Positions 11,666-23,690 of a stretch of DNA of 64,000 nt are shown piece after piece (within the stretch, counting starts at the first letter, position 1; every line of letters starts with the position of its first letter). The stretch is from contig CBDFJQ010000002.1 in assembly GCA_965248575.1 (NCBI GenBank), positions 960,001 through 1,024,000 on the forward strand, given 5' to 3'. Source of the stretch: Planctomycetota bacterium. Lineage in GTDB: Bacteria; Planctomycetota; B15-G4. The translations under genes and the position numbers were made by a program. The notes under the pieces were generated by a model. That model was not told the DNA's origin. It ran no database searches and worked only from the letters and a program-made list of their open reading frames with translations.

Positions 11666-12624
11666 ACGCCCCCTCGACCCAAAAGGTGCCGACCAGCCTG
11701 GCACCGGAGGACATCGACCTCTCGGTGGATCTGGGCCCGCTCAAGCTGGCGAACCCGATCATGACGGCCTCCGGGACCGCAGGCCTCGGACTGGAGATGG
11801 AGCCCTTCTACAACCTCGCCGACGCCGGCGCGATCGTGGTCAAGACCATCACCAAGGTCCCTCGCAAGGGCAACCCCTTGCCGCGCTTGGCCGAGACCCC
11901 CTCGGGGCTTCTGAACAGCATCGGCCTGCCCAACAAGGGCATCGACGTCTTCATCGAGAAGACCCTGCCACAATTGGCAGGCAAGGCACGCTGTCTGGTG
12001 GTCAACATCGCGGGCGGGTGTGGGGATGAGTTCGCAGAGCTGGCCCAACGACTGGACGGGCTGCCCGGCATCGACGCTCTCGAGCTGAACATCTCCTGCC
12101 CAAACGTCGAGGACGGCAACCTTCCCTTCGCCCGGGACCCCGAGATCGTGAAGAAGTTGGTGGGAGATGTGCGGGCGGAGACGTCGCTCCCACTCATCAC
12201 CAAGCTCTCCCCGAACGTGACCGACGTGGCCTCGATCGCGCAGGCCGCCAAGGAGGCGGGCAGCGACGCCGTCTCCCTGATCAACACCGTGCTGGGCATG
12301 TCCGTGGATTGGCGCACCGGAAAGCCGGGCCTGGGCACCGTGGTGGGTGGCCTGTCAGGTCCCGCGATCAAGCCCATCGCCTTGCGCATGGTGCTTGAGG
12401 TCAAACGCGCCGTGGACATTCCCATCGTGGGCATCGGCGGCATCATGAGCGTGGATGACGCCCTGGAATTCCTCACGGTGGGCGCGACGGCAGTGCAAAT
12501 CGGCACAGCCCACTACAAGACACCGGACATCGTCCCGCGCATCGTGCACGCCCTGCGCGAACGACTGGCCGAGATGCAACGGTCCTCGGTGCGGGACCAA
12601 ATCGCCAGCATGAAGACGCCCTGA
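11662..12624 (+). CDS. pyrD: Dihydroorotate dehydrogenase, family 1 catalytic subunit
   Basis: NPIMTASGT, LNSIGLPN, ELNISCPNV (catalytic Cys), KLSPNVTD, GGLSGPAIKPIAL. Confidence 0.95.
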   Translation: MNAPSTQKVPTSLAPEDIDLSVDLGPLKLANPIMTASGTAGLGLEMEPFYNLADAGAIVVKTITKVPRKGNPLPRLAETPSGLLNSIGLPNKGIDVFIEKTLPQLAGKARCLVVNIAGGCGDEFAELAQRLDGLPGIDALELNISCPNVEDGNLPFARDPEIVKKLVGDVRAETSLPLITKLSPNVTDVASIAQAAKEAGSDAVSLINTVLGMSVDWRTGKPGLGTVVGGLSGPAIKPIALRMVLEVKRAVDIPIVGIGGIMSVDDALEFLTVGATAVQIGTAHYKTPDIVPRIVHALRERLAEMQRSSVRDQIASMKTP

Positions 12625-12627
12625 GCC

Positions 12628-13488
12628 ATGAAGCTGGAGGCGATGACAGTCGGCCTGCTGCGTCAAGCTGTCGCCATCTACAACCGCGAGACCTATCACG
12701 ACGGGGATTCCGGCGATTGCCAGCACGAGTTCATGGGCGAGGACGACGCCCCGATAGAAACCGCGCTGCCCGGGCTGACCGATGAGTCCCGCAAGAATGG
12801 CGACTCCAGCGTCCACTGCTACACCCTTCGACTGGGAAACACACGCTACCCCTTCATGAAGCTCGTGCTCCACGAGCACCTGGTGCAGGACGAGTACTTC
12901 TTCGAGGTGGACACCCACGATCAGATGTTCGAGCTTGGCGGGGAGGAGACCGAGGAGCTCGATTCCCTGAAGCGCTACAACCTCGAGGTGAAGAGCCGGG
13001 TGGAATGGGCCTGGGGAGAGGCGCAGCTGCCGACCTCAGGCCACCTGAAAGGTCTCGTGGAGACGCGGCCCACCAAGCGCAATGAACCCAACGGCCAGAC
13101 GATCCTGGTGGTGGATGACGACGAGTGCATCGCCAAGACCCTGAGCATGCTGCTGGAAGCCCGGGGCTACGCCGTCACCTGCCTGTCGGATGGGCGGGAT
13201 GCCGTGCAGGTCGCCGATGCCCGCCTGCACGACCTGATCCTGATGGACAATGAAATGAAGCACCTGAACGGCTTCGAAGCCTGCCGAGTGCTCAAGTCCC
13301 GCACCGACACGAGCGGCATCCCCGTCCTGATCGCCACGGCAGGCTCCCTGACCCTTCAGCAGCTGGACGCAGCTGACGGCTTCCTGGTGAAGCCGTTTCG
13401 GATGGAGCTGCTGTTCTCCATGATCGAGCACATGCTTCCACCTCGCTTGAGTCCTGCGCCCACTTCAGCACCCCCAGACTCGGACTGA
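12628..13488 (+). CDS. Response regulator: unknown N-terminal domain plus C-terminal receiver domain
   Basis: The receiver has ILVVDDD, DLILMD (phospho-Asp), ATA and FLVKPF. The N-terminal ~150 aa are unrecognised. Confidence 0.85.
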   Translation: MKLEAMTVGLLRQAVAIYNRETYHDGDSGDCQHEFMGEDDAPIETALPGLTDESRKNGDSSVHCYTLRLGNTRYPFMKLVLHEHLVQDEYFFEVDTHDQMFELGGEETEELDSLKRYNLEVKSRVEWAWGEAQLPTSGHLKGLVETRPTKRNEPNGQTILVVDDDECIAKTLSMLLEARGYAVTCLSDGRDAVQVADARLHDLILMDNEMKHLNGFEACRVLKSRTDTSGIPVLIATAGSLTLQQLDAADGFLVKPFRMELLFSMIEHMLPPRLSPAPTSAPPDSD

Positions 13489-13610
13489 CCAGCGCCAGAC
13501 TTGCGATCGACCCCGCCCGGGGGCACGATCGGCTGTTCGGTCGCGAGAACCCCGCCTGGGTCCCACCGCGCCCCCGCGCTACCCACGACACCTATTGAGA
13601 TTGTTCTGAC

Positions 13611-16330
<2,720 letters not shown>

Positions 16331-16334
<4 letters not shown>

Positions 16335-17683
16335 CGACAGCCCGCTCGGCACCGCGCGTCTTCATCGCGCACGCTGCCTATGCGGTCTGTGTGCACCTCG
16401 CCTGCCTCGTCGCCTTCGTGCCCTTTCTCGTGCGCGTCCTGCGCAACCGGGCGTACGGCGGCTGGATGTGGCAGCGCTTGAAGCCTCCCACGCTGGATCT
16501 CGCGGAAGAAGCGCCCATCTGGGTGCATGCGGTCTCCGTGGGTGAAGTCAAAGCCAGCCGCCCTTTGATCCAGGCGCTGCGGCAGCAGCACCCCGAGATC
16601 CCCCTGGTGCTGAGCACCGGAACCGTGACTGGATGTGCCACCGCCCGCCAAGAGTTTCCGGGGCTCCCGGTCTTCGCCGCGCCACTCGACTTGCCGCTGG
16701 TCGTCAACCGCTGTGTCCGGCGCGTCAACCCACGGCTGCTGATCCTCATGGAGCTCGAGGTCTGGCCGGCCTTCTTACGCTGCATCGACCGACGCGGGAC
16801 GCCGCAAGTCATCGTGAACGGCCGCCTGAGCGCTTCGTCCTTCAAGGGCTATCGTCGCTTGAGTTGGTGGCTGCCCGAGTTCGATCGCATCGACCTCGTG
16901 GCCGCCCAGGACGAGACTTACGCCCAGCGCATCGCGAGCCTTGGAGTCCCGCCCGAACGCATCCACGTCACGGGCAACCAGAAACATGACCTGCTGGAGA
17001 CGGGCCAGCCCGTGCCGCCAACCGCCGGGACAATGGGAGCAACGCCGTCGCCTTCCTTCGGCAGAGAGCTCGGTTTGGTCGATGGCCTACCGGTGTTCGT
17101 CGCGGGCAGCACCCATGAGGGCGAAGACGAACCAGCCCTTGAGGCATGGCTCGCTTCAGGTGGGGGCGAGGCGGCGCACATGGTTCTCGTGCCGCGACAC
17201 CTGGATCGCCTGAAGGACATCACGCGGATCCTCAAGCGGCACCAACAGGACTTCGTCTTGCGCTCCATGGCCACTCCCGATCGACCGTCGGTCTGCGTGC
17301 TGCTCGTGGACACCATGGGAGAGCTGGAGTCCTTCTTCGACCTGGCAGACGTGGTCTTCCTAGGTGGCTCCCTCACCCCTGTGGGTGGGCACAACGTCCT
17401 GGAGCCGGCCGTCGCAGGGTGTCCCGTGCTCGTCGGCCCGTACCTGGAAACCTGCCGTCGTGAAGCGGATCTGCTCGCAGCAGGAGGAGGCCTGGCCGTG
17501 GTGCAGACGACCGGAGAACTCGCCGAGGCCCTGAGCCGGCTGCTGGGAAACCCCGTCGCCCGCAAAGCCATGGGCGTAGCAGCGAAACAGGCCGCCCACG
17601 GGCTCCAGGGCGCAACGCAGGCGAACCTCAGCCTCCTGCGCCAACACGGCTTCCTACCCGAGCATCCGTCGCCGCGGGCGTGA
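16331..17683 (+). CDS. waaA: 3-deoxy-D-manno-octulosonic acid (Kdo) transferase
   Basis: IWVHAVSVGE, ELEVWP, VNGRLS..SFKGY, AGSTHEGE, VPRH, DTMGEL, GGHNVLEPA. ATG overlaps the secA stop. Confidence 0.95.
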
Positions 17684-17885
17684 GAAGCCGGTCCGCGCCC
17701 TGAGCTGCGAGTGATGCCGCGAGCAGAAGCACGGCAGCCCAAAGGCCCCGCTCTGACTCAGCGCTGGACCGGAAGCGTGAATCGGCTACTCTTGTGCGCC
17801 CCTTGGCCGCAGCGACTGCGGATTTTGCCGAGGAATCAAGCGCAGCACCCTCACTCATTGGTCCATGCACCGGAGCCTCTTCGCT

Positions 17886-19069
17886 ATGACCCGGAAGGTC
17901 CTCTTTACCTCCGAATCGGTCTCGATGGGCCACCCTGACAAGGTGGCTGATCAGGTCAGTGACGCCATTCTCGACGCCTGCCTCAAGGGGGATCCTCACT
18001 CCCGCGTGGCCTGCGAGACGCTGGTCACAACCGGCCTTTGCGTCGTCAGCGGCGAGATCACCACCAAGACCATCGTCGACTACGCCAAGATCGCCAGACA
18101 GACCCTGAAGGACATCGGCTACACCGACGATTCCTACGGCATCAACGGCGACACCTGTGCCGTCATGGTCACCATCGATCGCCAGTCGCCTGACATCTCG
18201 CAGGGCGTCACCGCTGGCAAGGGCCTGCACAAGGAGCAGGGCGCCGGCGACCAGGGCATGATGTTCGGCTACGCCTGCCGCGAGACGCCCTCGCTGATGC
18301 CACTGCCCATCGACCTCGCCCACTGCTGATGGCCAAGATCGCGAAGCTGCCGGCAGTCCGGCAAGGTCAAGTACCTGCGCCCCGACGCCAAGAGCCAGGT
18401 CACGGTCGAGTACCAAGACGACAAGCCGGTGCGCGTGGATGCGGTCGTCATCTCGACCCAGCACGACCCCGACGTCGACGCATGCGCGGATCAAGAAGGA
18501 CATGATCGCCATGATCAAGTCCGTCGTCCCCGCCAAATTCATCGACAAGAAGACCAAGTTCCACATCAACCCCACCGGGTCGCTTCGTGGTGGGCGGCCC
18601 GCACGGTGACTGCGGCCTCACGGGCCGCAAGATCATCGTCGACACCTACGGCGGCATGGGTCGCCATGGCGGCGGCGCCTTCAGCGGCAAGGACCCGAGC
18701 AAGGTGGACCGCAGCGCTGCGTACGCCACCCGCTACGTGGCCAAGAACATCGTGGCCGCGGGTCTGGCCGATCGTTGCGAGGTGCAAATCGCCTTCGCCA
18801 TCGGTGTCGCGGAGCCCGTCTCCATCAACGTCAACACCTTCGGCACGTCCACTTTGCCGGAGGAAGATGTCATCAGGTTGGTTGAAAAGCACTTCGACCT
18901 GCGTCCGGCTGGCATCGCAAAGATGCTCGACCTCAAGAAGGCTCGCTACGTGCAGACCGCAGCCCACGGCCACTTCGGCCGCAAGGGTGCAGCCTTCACG
19001 TGGGAGAAGACGGACAAGGCTGCCAAGTTGCGGGCCGAAGCCGCCAAGCTCCGCAAGCGCAAGCGCTGA
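17886..19069 (+). pseudogene. metK: S-adenosylmethionine synthetase broken by four single-base indels (probably sequencing/assembly error)
   Basis: [34 protein letters not shown] continuous MetK is restored by correcting -1 near 18324 and +1 near 18350, 18477 and 18578. Confidence 0.93.
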
Positions 19070-19116
19070 TTGGGTGCAGAGCCGTTCCGTTTGATGAGCC
19101 TGTTGAGCATTCGGTG

Positions 19117-19791
19117 ATGCCGACGCCGTTGGAATCCGACCACGAGTTGCCCCGCCCTGATCGCCGGGAGCGGGGCTTCTCGTTGGTCGAGATCCTGGTC
19201 GTCATCACCCTCATCGGACTGCTGATGACCCTCGGCTACAACTCCATGCAGAGCGCCATGGAGAACGGTCGCGTGCTGAAGTGCCAGAACAACCTGGACC
19301 AGATCGGGCAGGCCCTGCTCAGCTACAAGAACAACCGCGCGAAGGGGCGCTGGCCCAACGAAAGCGGCATGCGATTCCTGCTCACGATGTACAGGCATCG
19401 TGAGATCAAGGGCCGCTACTCCGATGTCTTTCTGTGTCCGGGCACCGCTGACGTCAATGATCTCGGCCCCAGCGGTGAACCCGGCTCGTCCTACGATGAC
19501 TGGGAGGGGATCACCTCCGACAGTATCTCCTACGCCGGACGAGACCTGGACAACTACCCGCTGCGAGGCCCAGACCCAGAGGAACAGGTGCTGGCCGCGG
19601 ATGACAATGAGTTCAGCCCCAACCACAGCGAAGCCACGAACATTCTCTACGGGGACGGCGCTGTGGTGACCTTTGACCTCTTCATCGATGGGGCGGAGCT
19701 GCTGATCGAGTGGCCCGAGCTAGAACAGCGAGGGCTTCCTGTGGGGCCTGAGAGCCCCTATGAACCCCTGCAGGTGCTCCGGATCGACTGA
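19117..19791 (+). CDS. Prepilin-type N-terminal cleavage protein with H-X9-DG C-terminal motif
   Basis: RERG|FSLVEILVVITLIGLL, then KCQNNLDQIGQAL, FLCP and H-SEATNILYG-DG. This is a PVC-typical pseudopilin-like family. Confidence 0.88.
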   Translation: MPTPLESDHELPRPDRRERGFSLVEILVVITLIGLLMTLGYNSMQSAMENGRVLKCQNNLDQIGQALLSYKNNRAKGRWPNESGMRFLLTMYRHREIKGRYSDVFLCPGTADVNDLGPSGEPGSSYDDWEGITSDSISYAGRDLDNYPLRGPDPEEQVLAADDNEFSPNHSEATNILYGDGAVVTFDLFIDGAELLIEWPELEQRGLPVGPESPYEPLQVLRID

Positions 19792-20033
19792 GCGCCGGCC
19801 CCGGACCGCTTCCCGAACCGGAGAGCGGAGCGGCCAGGAGAGAGGCACGCAGCTCGGCGCCATCGACAAGTGCTTGCCAACTGAGCCTTGTCGGATCGCT
19901 GATATCACGGAATACTAACCCCGCATTCCGCCTCTCTCGCAGTTCCGGAAGACCCACACCTCGGCAGGTCGGGTCCTCAGGCGGAGGTACTTCTCCCATC
20001 CCCCCGAATCGACCTACCCCTCAAGGACCATCC

Positions 20034-21926
20034 ATGTCGAATCGCATCTTGATGTCTGCACTGGCACTCCTGGGCGCCACCATGCCCCTGACGGCCCAGC
20101 AGTTCACCCTCGCTGGTGGGTCGCTCCCAGCTCAGTCCATCTGGACGGACGGCGTGGAAGTCGCCGACATTGACGGCGACGGAGACGTAGACATCCTCTT
20201 CGCAAACGGCTCCGGCTACGGTTCGGGTGGTGCCCTCGCGCAGCACTTCTACCGCAACAACGGCTCCGGTGTGTTCTCCGAGGCCCACGCTTTCCTGAAC
20301 GTTGCCAATTTCAACGCGAAGATGGTCATCGCCGAGGACTTCGACAACGACGGCGACCTGGACCTCATGTACGCGCCTGAGGGTCCGGCAGGCACGCCCA
20401 CCCAGAAGCCGCGCATGCTGATCAACCAAGGCGGCGACCAGGCTGGCACCGAGGGCCTCTTCGCCGACGGATCCGCCACGCGCATTCCCAACATCTTCAT
20501 GGCCTCCTACTGCGTCGCCGCCGGCGATGTGGACGATGACGGCGACCTGGACGTGGTCTTCACGGACGGCGCCACCTTCAGCGGCCTCGCCCGCCAGGCG
20601 CGTCTCTACCTGAACGACGGCAACGGCTTCTTCAGTGATGCCACGGCCTCCAACATGCCCGTCGACCTGTTCAACGCGCAGGACGCCACGCTGTTCGACT
20701 TCGACGGTGACTTCGACATCGACATCGCCCTGTCCGGCAAGGGCGGCGGTACCAACAACCGTGGGCGGCTCTACCTGAACGACGGCTCCGGCGTGTTCAC
20801 CGAGAGCACCGTCATGAACAACGTCGGCACCAACGCCACCTACGAGATCGACTGGGGCGACCTGGACGGCGACGGCGACTTCGATGCCGCCGTGCAGTCC
20901 GTCTCCGGTCAGAACGAAGGCTGGGCACGCAACAACGGAACGGGCTCGGCCCTGACCAAGTTCACGTTCCCCAACCCGAACGGCTCGGATGACAACGAGA
21001 TGGCGCTCATGGACTACGACAGCGACGGCGATCTCGACGTCTTCGTGGCCTCCCTCGCCAGCACCGAGAAGGTCTACCGCAACGATGGCGGCGGCACCTT
21101 CGTCAACCAGCAGGGCGAGATCCAGAACCAGAGCGACTCGACACTCGACTTCGGATTCGGCGACGTGGACGGCGATGGCGACTACGACATGATCACGGGC
21201 CAGGGCGAGTCGGGCAACTTCACCAACAAGATCTATCGCAACAACGGCACCGCTGATGTGACCGCGCCGACCCTGCTCGGCAAGGACACCGTCACCAACT
21301 GGGGTATCCCGGAGACGGTCTTCCACATCCGTTGCCAGGACGCCATCTCGGATGACGGCCACATCAACGCCACGGCTGACTTCACCTACACCACCAACGT
21401 CGGCGCCGGCGCCGGTACGGCCACCCACATGGGTGGCGGCATGTTCCGGGCAGCTGTTCCGACGGTCCCCGGGCTGGACAGCATCGATGTGCACTTCGAT
21501 GTGACCGACACCGCGGGCAATGTCCTGGGTGTGGATTCGAGTGTGGTCGAGGCAGGTGCCTGGCGCTACATCGACCACGGCACCTCGGGCATCAATGGTG
21601 TGCCGGCGCTGCAGATGAGCGGTCCTCAAACGGCCGGATCGACGACGACCCTGTCGTTGACCAAGGCCGCCCCGAGTTCGCTGCTGGTCTTCTGGCTCGC
21701 TTTCACCGAGATCCCCACGCCCATCTGGAACGGCACCATCTACGCGCTGCCCTTCAGCACGCAGCTGTTCGTGGGCTCGGACCTGAACGGCGAGTTCTCG
21801 GCCTCGACACCTTGGCCGGCAGGCATCCCGTCTGGCGTCTCTGCCACCTGGCAGTTCGTGTGTGAAGACGTGTCGGTCATCTTTGGCGGAACGATGTCCA
21901 ACGCGGTCCGCAGCACCACCCCCTGA
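20034..21926 (+). CDS. Secreted FG-GAP/VCBS-repeat beta-propeller protein with conserved C-terminal domain
   Basis: Signal peptide MSNRILMSALALLGATMPLTA|Q. Seven DxDxDGDxD-type motifs (DIDGDGDVD ... DVDGDGDYD), an Ig-like spacer and a beta-rich terminal domain. Confidence 0.9.
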   Translation: MSNRILMSALALLGATMPLTAQQFTLAGGSLPAQSIWTDGVEVADIDGDGDVDILFANGSGYGSGGALAQHFYRNNGSGVFSEAHAFLNVANFNAKMVIAEDFDNDGDLDLMYAPEGPAGTPTQKPRMLINQGGDQAGTEGLFADGSATRIPNIFMASYCVAAGDVDDDGDLDVVFTDGATFSGLARQARLYLNDGNGFFSDATASNMPVDLFNAQDATLFDFDGDFDIDIALSGKGGGTNNRGRLYLNDGSGVFTESTVMNNVGTNATYEIDWGDLDGDGDFDAAVQSVSGQNEGWARNNGTGSALTKFTFPNPNGSDDNEMALMDYDSDGDLDVFVASLASTEKVYRNDGGGTFVNQQGEIQNQSDSTLDFGFGDVDGDGDYDMITGQGESGNFTNKIYRNNGTADVTAPTLLGKDTVTNWGIPETVFHIRCQDAISDDGHINATADFTYTTNVGAGAGTATHMGGGMFRAAVPTVPGLDSIDVHFDVTDTAGNVLGVDSSVVEAGAWRYIDHGTSGINGVPALQMSGPQTAGSTTTLSLTKAAPSSLLVFWLAFTEIPTPIWNGTIYALPFSTQLFVGSDLNGEFSASTPWPAGIPSGVSATWQFVCEDVSVIFGGTMSNAVRSTTP

Positions 21927-21943
21927 TCTGATGGGGATGGATC

Positions 21944-22025
21944 GGCTGAGGGGCTAGCCCCACAGCCCCGCGGCACCTCCCGCCGCGTCCTGCTCATCCT
22001 GAGACGGACGCGGCGGGCTTCGTTT
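21944..22025 (+). terminator. Double hairpin with intrinsic terminator after the FG-GAP gene
   Basis: Palindrome GGCTG-A-GGGGC-TA-GCCCC-A-CAGCC (21944-21967), then a 12-bp stem CCCGCCGCGTCC/GGACGCGGCGGG (21979-22017) followed by CTTCGTTT. Confidence 0.7.
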
Positions 22026-22186
22026 GAGGCGGAGCATCAGCTGGCCAATCCCAGCAGCTCGCCGCGCTAGGCCGACCTGCCATCCAGGAAGGTCCTGCAC
22101 GCGGGGCCATCAGGAGTCATACTGTAGAGCCCGCTTCGCTGAGCAGCCTCCGCTCCGCGCCCCTTCACTCCCTCTCCCGGCCTCCC

Positions 22187-23683
22187 ATGCACTTTCCTCG
22201 CCCGGCAGTGCCTGCGTCGGAACGGCGCCTCACCCTCGTCGTACCACCGGTGACGGCCGAGGATCGCTACGGCCCCATGGCCTCGGCTGGCAACTCCCTG
22301 CCGCCTCACGCCTTCCTGTACCTCGGAGCCGTCGCCCGCGAAGCGGGTTGGACCGTGGAGATCGTCGACGGCCCTGCACTTGGCCTCGGAATCCAGACCT
22401 GCGCCGACCGCGTGCTCGAGACGGAGCCCAACGTCGTCGGTTTCACCGCGACAACCATGAGCATCGCCAAGGCCGCCCGGGTGGCGGAGGCCGTGCGCAG
22501 CGTGCGTCCCGACACCATCATCATGGCCGGCGGCCCACATATCACGGCGCTGCCCGCCGAGACCCTCGAACGACTGCCGGTCTTTGATCTGGCCTGCGCG
22601 GGCGAAGGAGAAGCAGCGCTGTTGGAGACCCTCGCACGCTTCGAGCGCGGCGAGGACCCCCGCGACATCCCAGGCATGGTGGCGCACCTGGACGACGGCT
22701 CCGTGCGCGCGAACCCGCCCTCGGAAGACGAAGTCGAACTCGCCGACCTGCCGTCCTTGGCGTGGGACCTGCTCGAGGACTTCCCCGCGCGTTACCACGC
22801 CGCGGCGACCTACCTCAACAAGACGCCCTTCAGCGACATCATCGTGTCGCGTGGTTGCCGCTACCGCTGCACGTTCTGTGACAACCAGACGTTCGGCCGC
22901 TCCATCCGCGCGCTGCCTGTCGATCGCATCCTCGAGAACATCGACCGCTTGGTGCAGGAGTACGGCATCAAGTCGATGTTCTTCACGGACGACTCGCTCA
23001 TGACCTTGCGCGAGGAGTTCGAGCAGGTCTGCGAAGGCCTCATCGAGCGCAACTACGACCTCGAGTGGAGCATCAACGCCCGCACCAGCGAGGTCGACGA
23101 AGAGATCCTCGACCTCATGAAGCGGGCTGGTTGCTGGCAAATCTCCTACGGCGTCGAGAGCGGAAGCTGGGACATCCTCAAGCGCATCAAGAAAGCCGCC
23201 ACGCCTGCCATGCAGGCGCGGGCGCTGCACCTCACGGCTGCTGCGGGCATCAAGAGCAACGCGTACATCATCATCGGTTTCCCCGGTGAGACGCACCAGA
23301 CCTTGAAGGAGACCGAGGATTTCCTGAAGACGGTGCCCATCGACACGCTTCGGCTCACGTACTTCACGCCCTTCCCGAACACCGACATCTCCTCGGATCT
23401 CATCGTGGATGGCGGCGAGATCGTGGCCGACTGGACGCAGCTCAACTTCTACAACATCGCGTACATCCCCAAGGAGCTGGAGCGTCGCGACCTAGAGCGT
23501 GCCTACCGACGCATCATGCTGCGCTTCTACACGCGCCCCCGGGTGTTGAAGTCCTTCCTCCCTCACCTGCTCGTGCCTCGCAAGGCCGCCGCCCTGTTCC
23601 GCGGCACCTTCGGCCTGGGCAAGCTGCTCGTCCAAGGCCCCGGTGGCAAGGATGAGGCGGCCGTGGGGGAGTGCCACAGCTGA
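22187..23683 (+). CDS. Cobalamin-binding radical SAM protein
   Basis: N-terminal B12-binding pattern (LYLGAV...GGPHIT...GEGE), RGCRYRCTFC (CxxxCxxC), YGVESGS, GFPGET. Confidence 0.92.
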   Translation: MHFPRPAVPASERRLTLVVPPVTAEDRYGPMASAGNSLPPHAFLYLGAVAREAGWTVEIVDGPALGLGIQTCADRVLETEPNVVGFTATTMSIAKAARVAEAVRSVRPDTIIMAGGPHITALPAETLERLPVFDLACAGEGEAALLETLARFERGEDPRDIPGMVAHLDDGSVRANPPSEDEVELADLPSLAWDLLEDFPARYHAAATYLNKTPFSDIIVSRGCRYRCTFCDNQTFGRSIRALPVDRILENIDRLVQEYGIKSMFFTDDSLMTLREEFEQVCEGLIERNYDLEWSINARTSEVDEEILDLMKRAGCWQISYGVESGSWDILKRIKKAATPAMQARALHLTAAAGIKSNAYIIIGFPGETHQTLKETEDFLKTVPIDTLRLTYFTPFPNTDISSDLIVDGGEIVADWTQLNFYNIAYIPKELERRDLERAYRRIMLRFYTRPRVLKSFLPHLLVPRKAAALFRGTFGLGKLLVQGPGGKDEAAVGECHS

Positions 23684-23690
23684 GGGGGTC

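Noticed and set aside
11662..12624. pyrD without adjacent pyrK as a novel arrangement
   Set aside because: The electron-transfer subunit may be encoded elsewhere, which cannot be judged from this window.
18320..18585. Programmed frameshifting or selenocysteine readthrough at the metK TGA
   Set aside because: The TGA arises from a missing base, three further indels follow, and there is no slippery heptamer.
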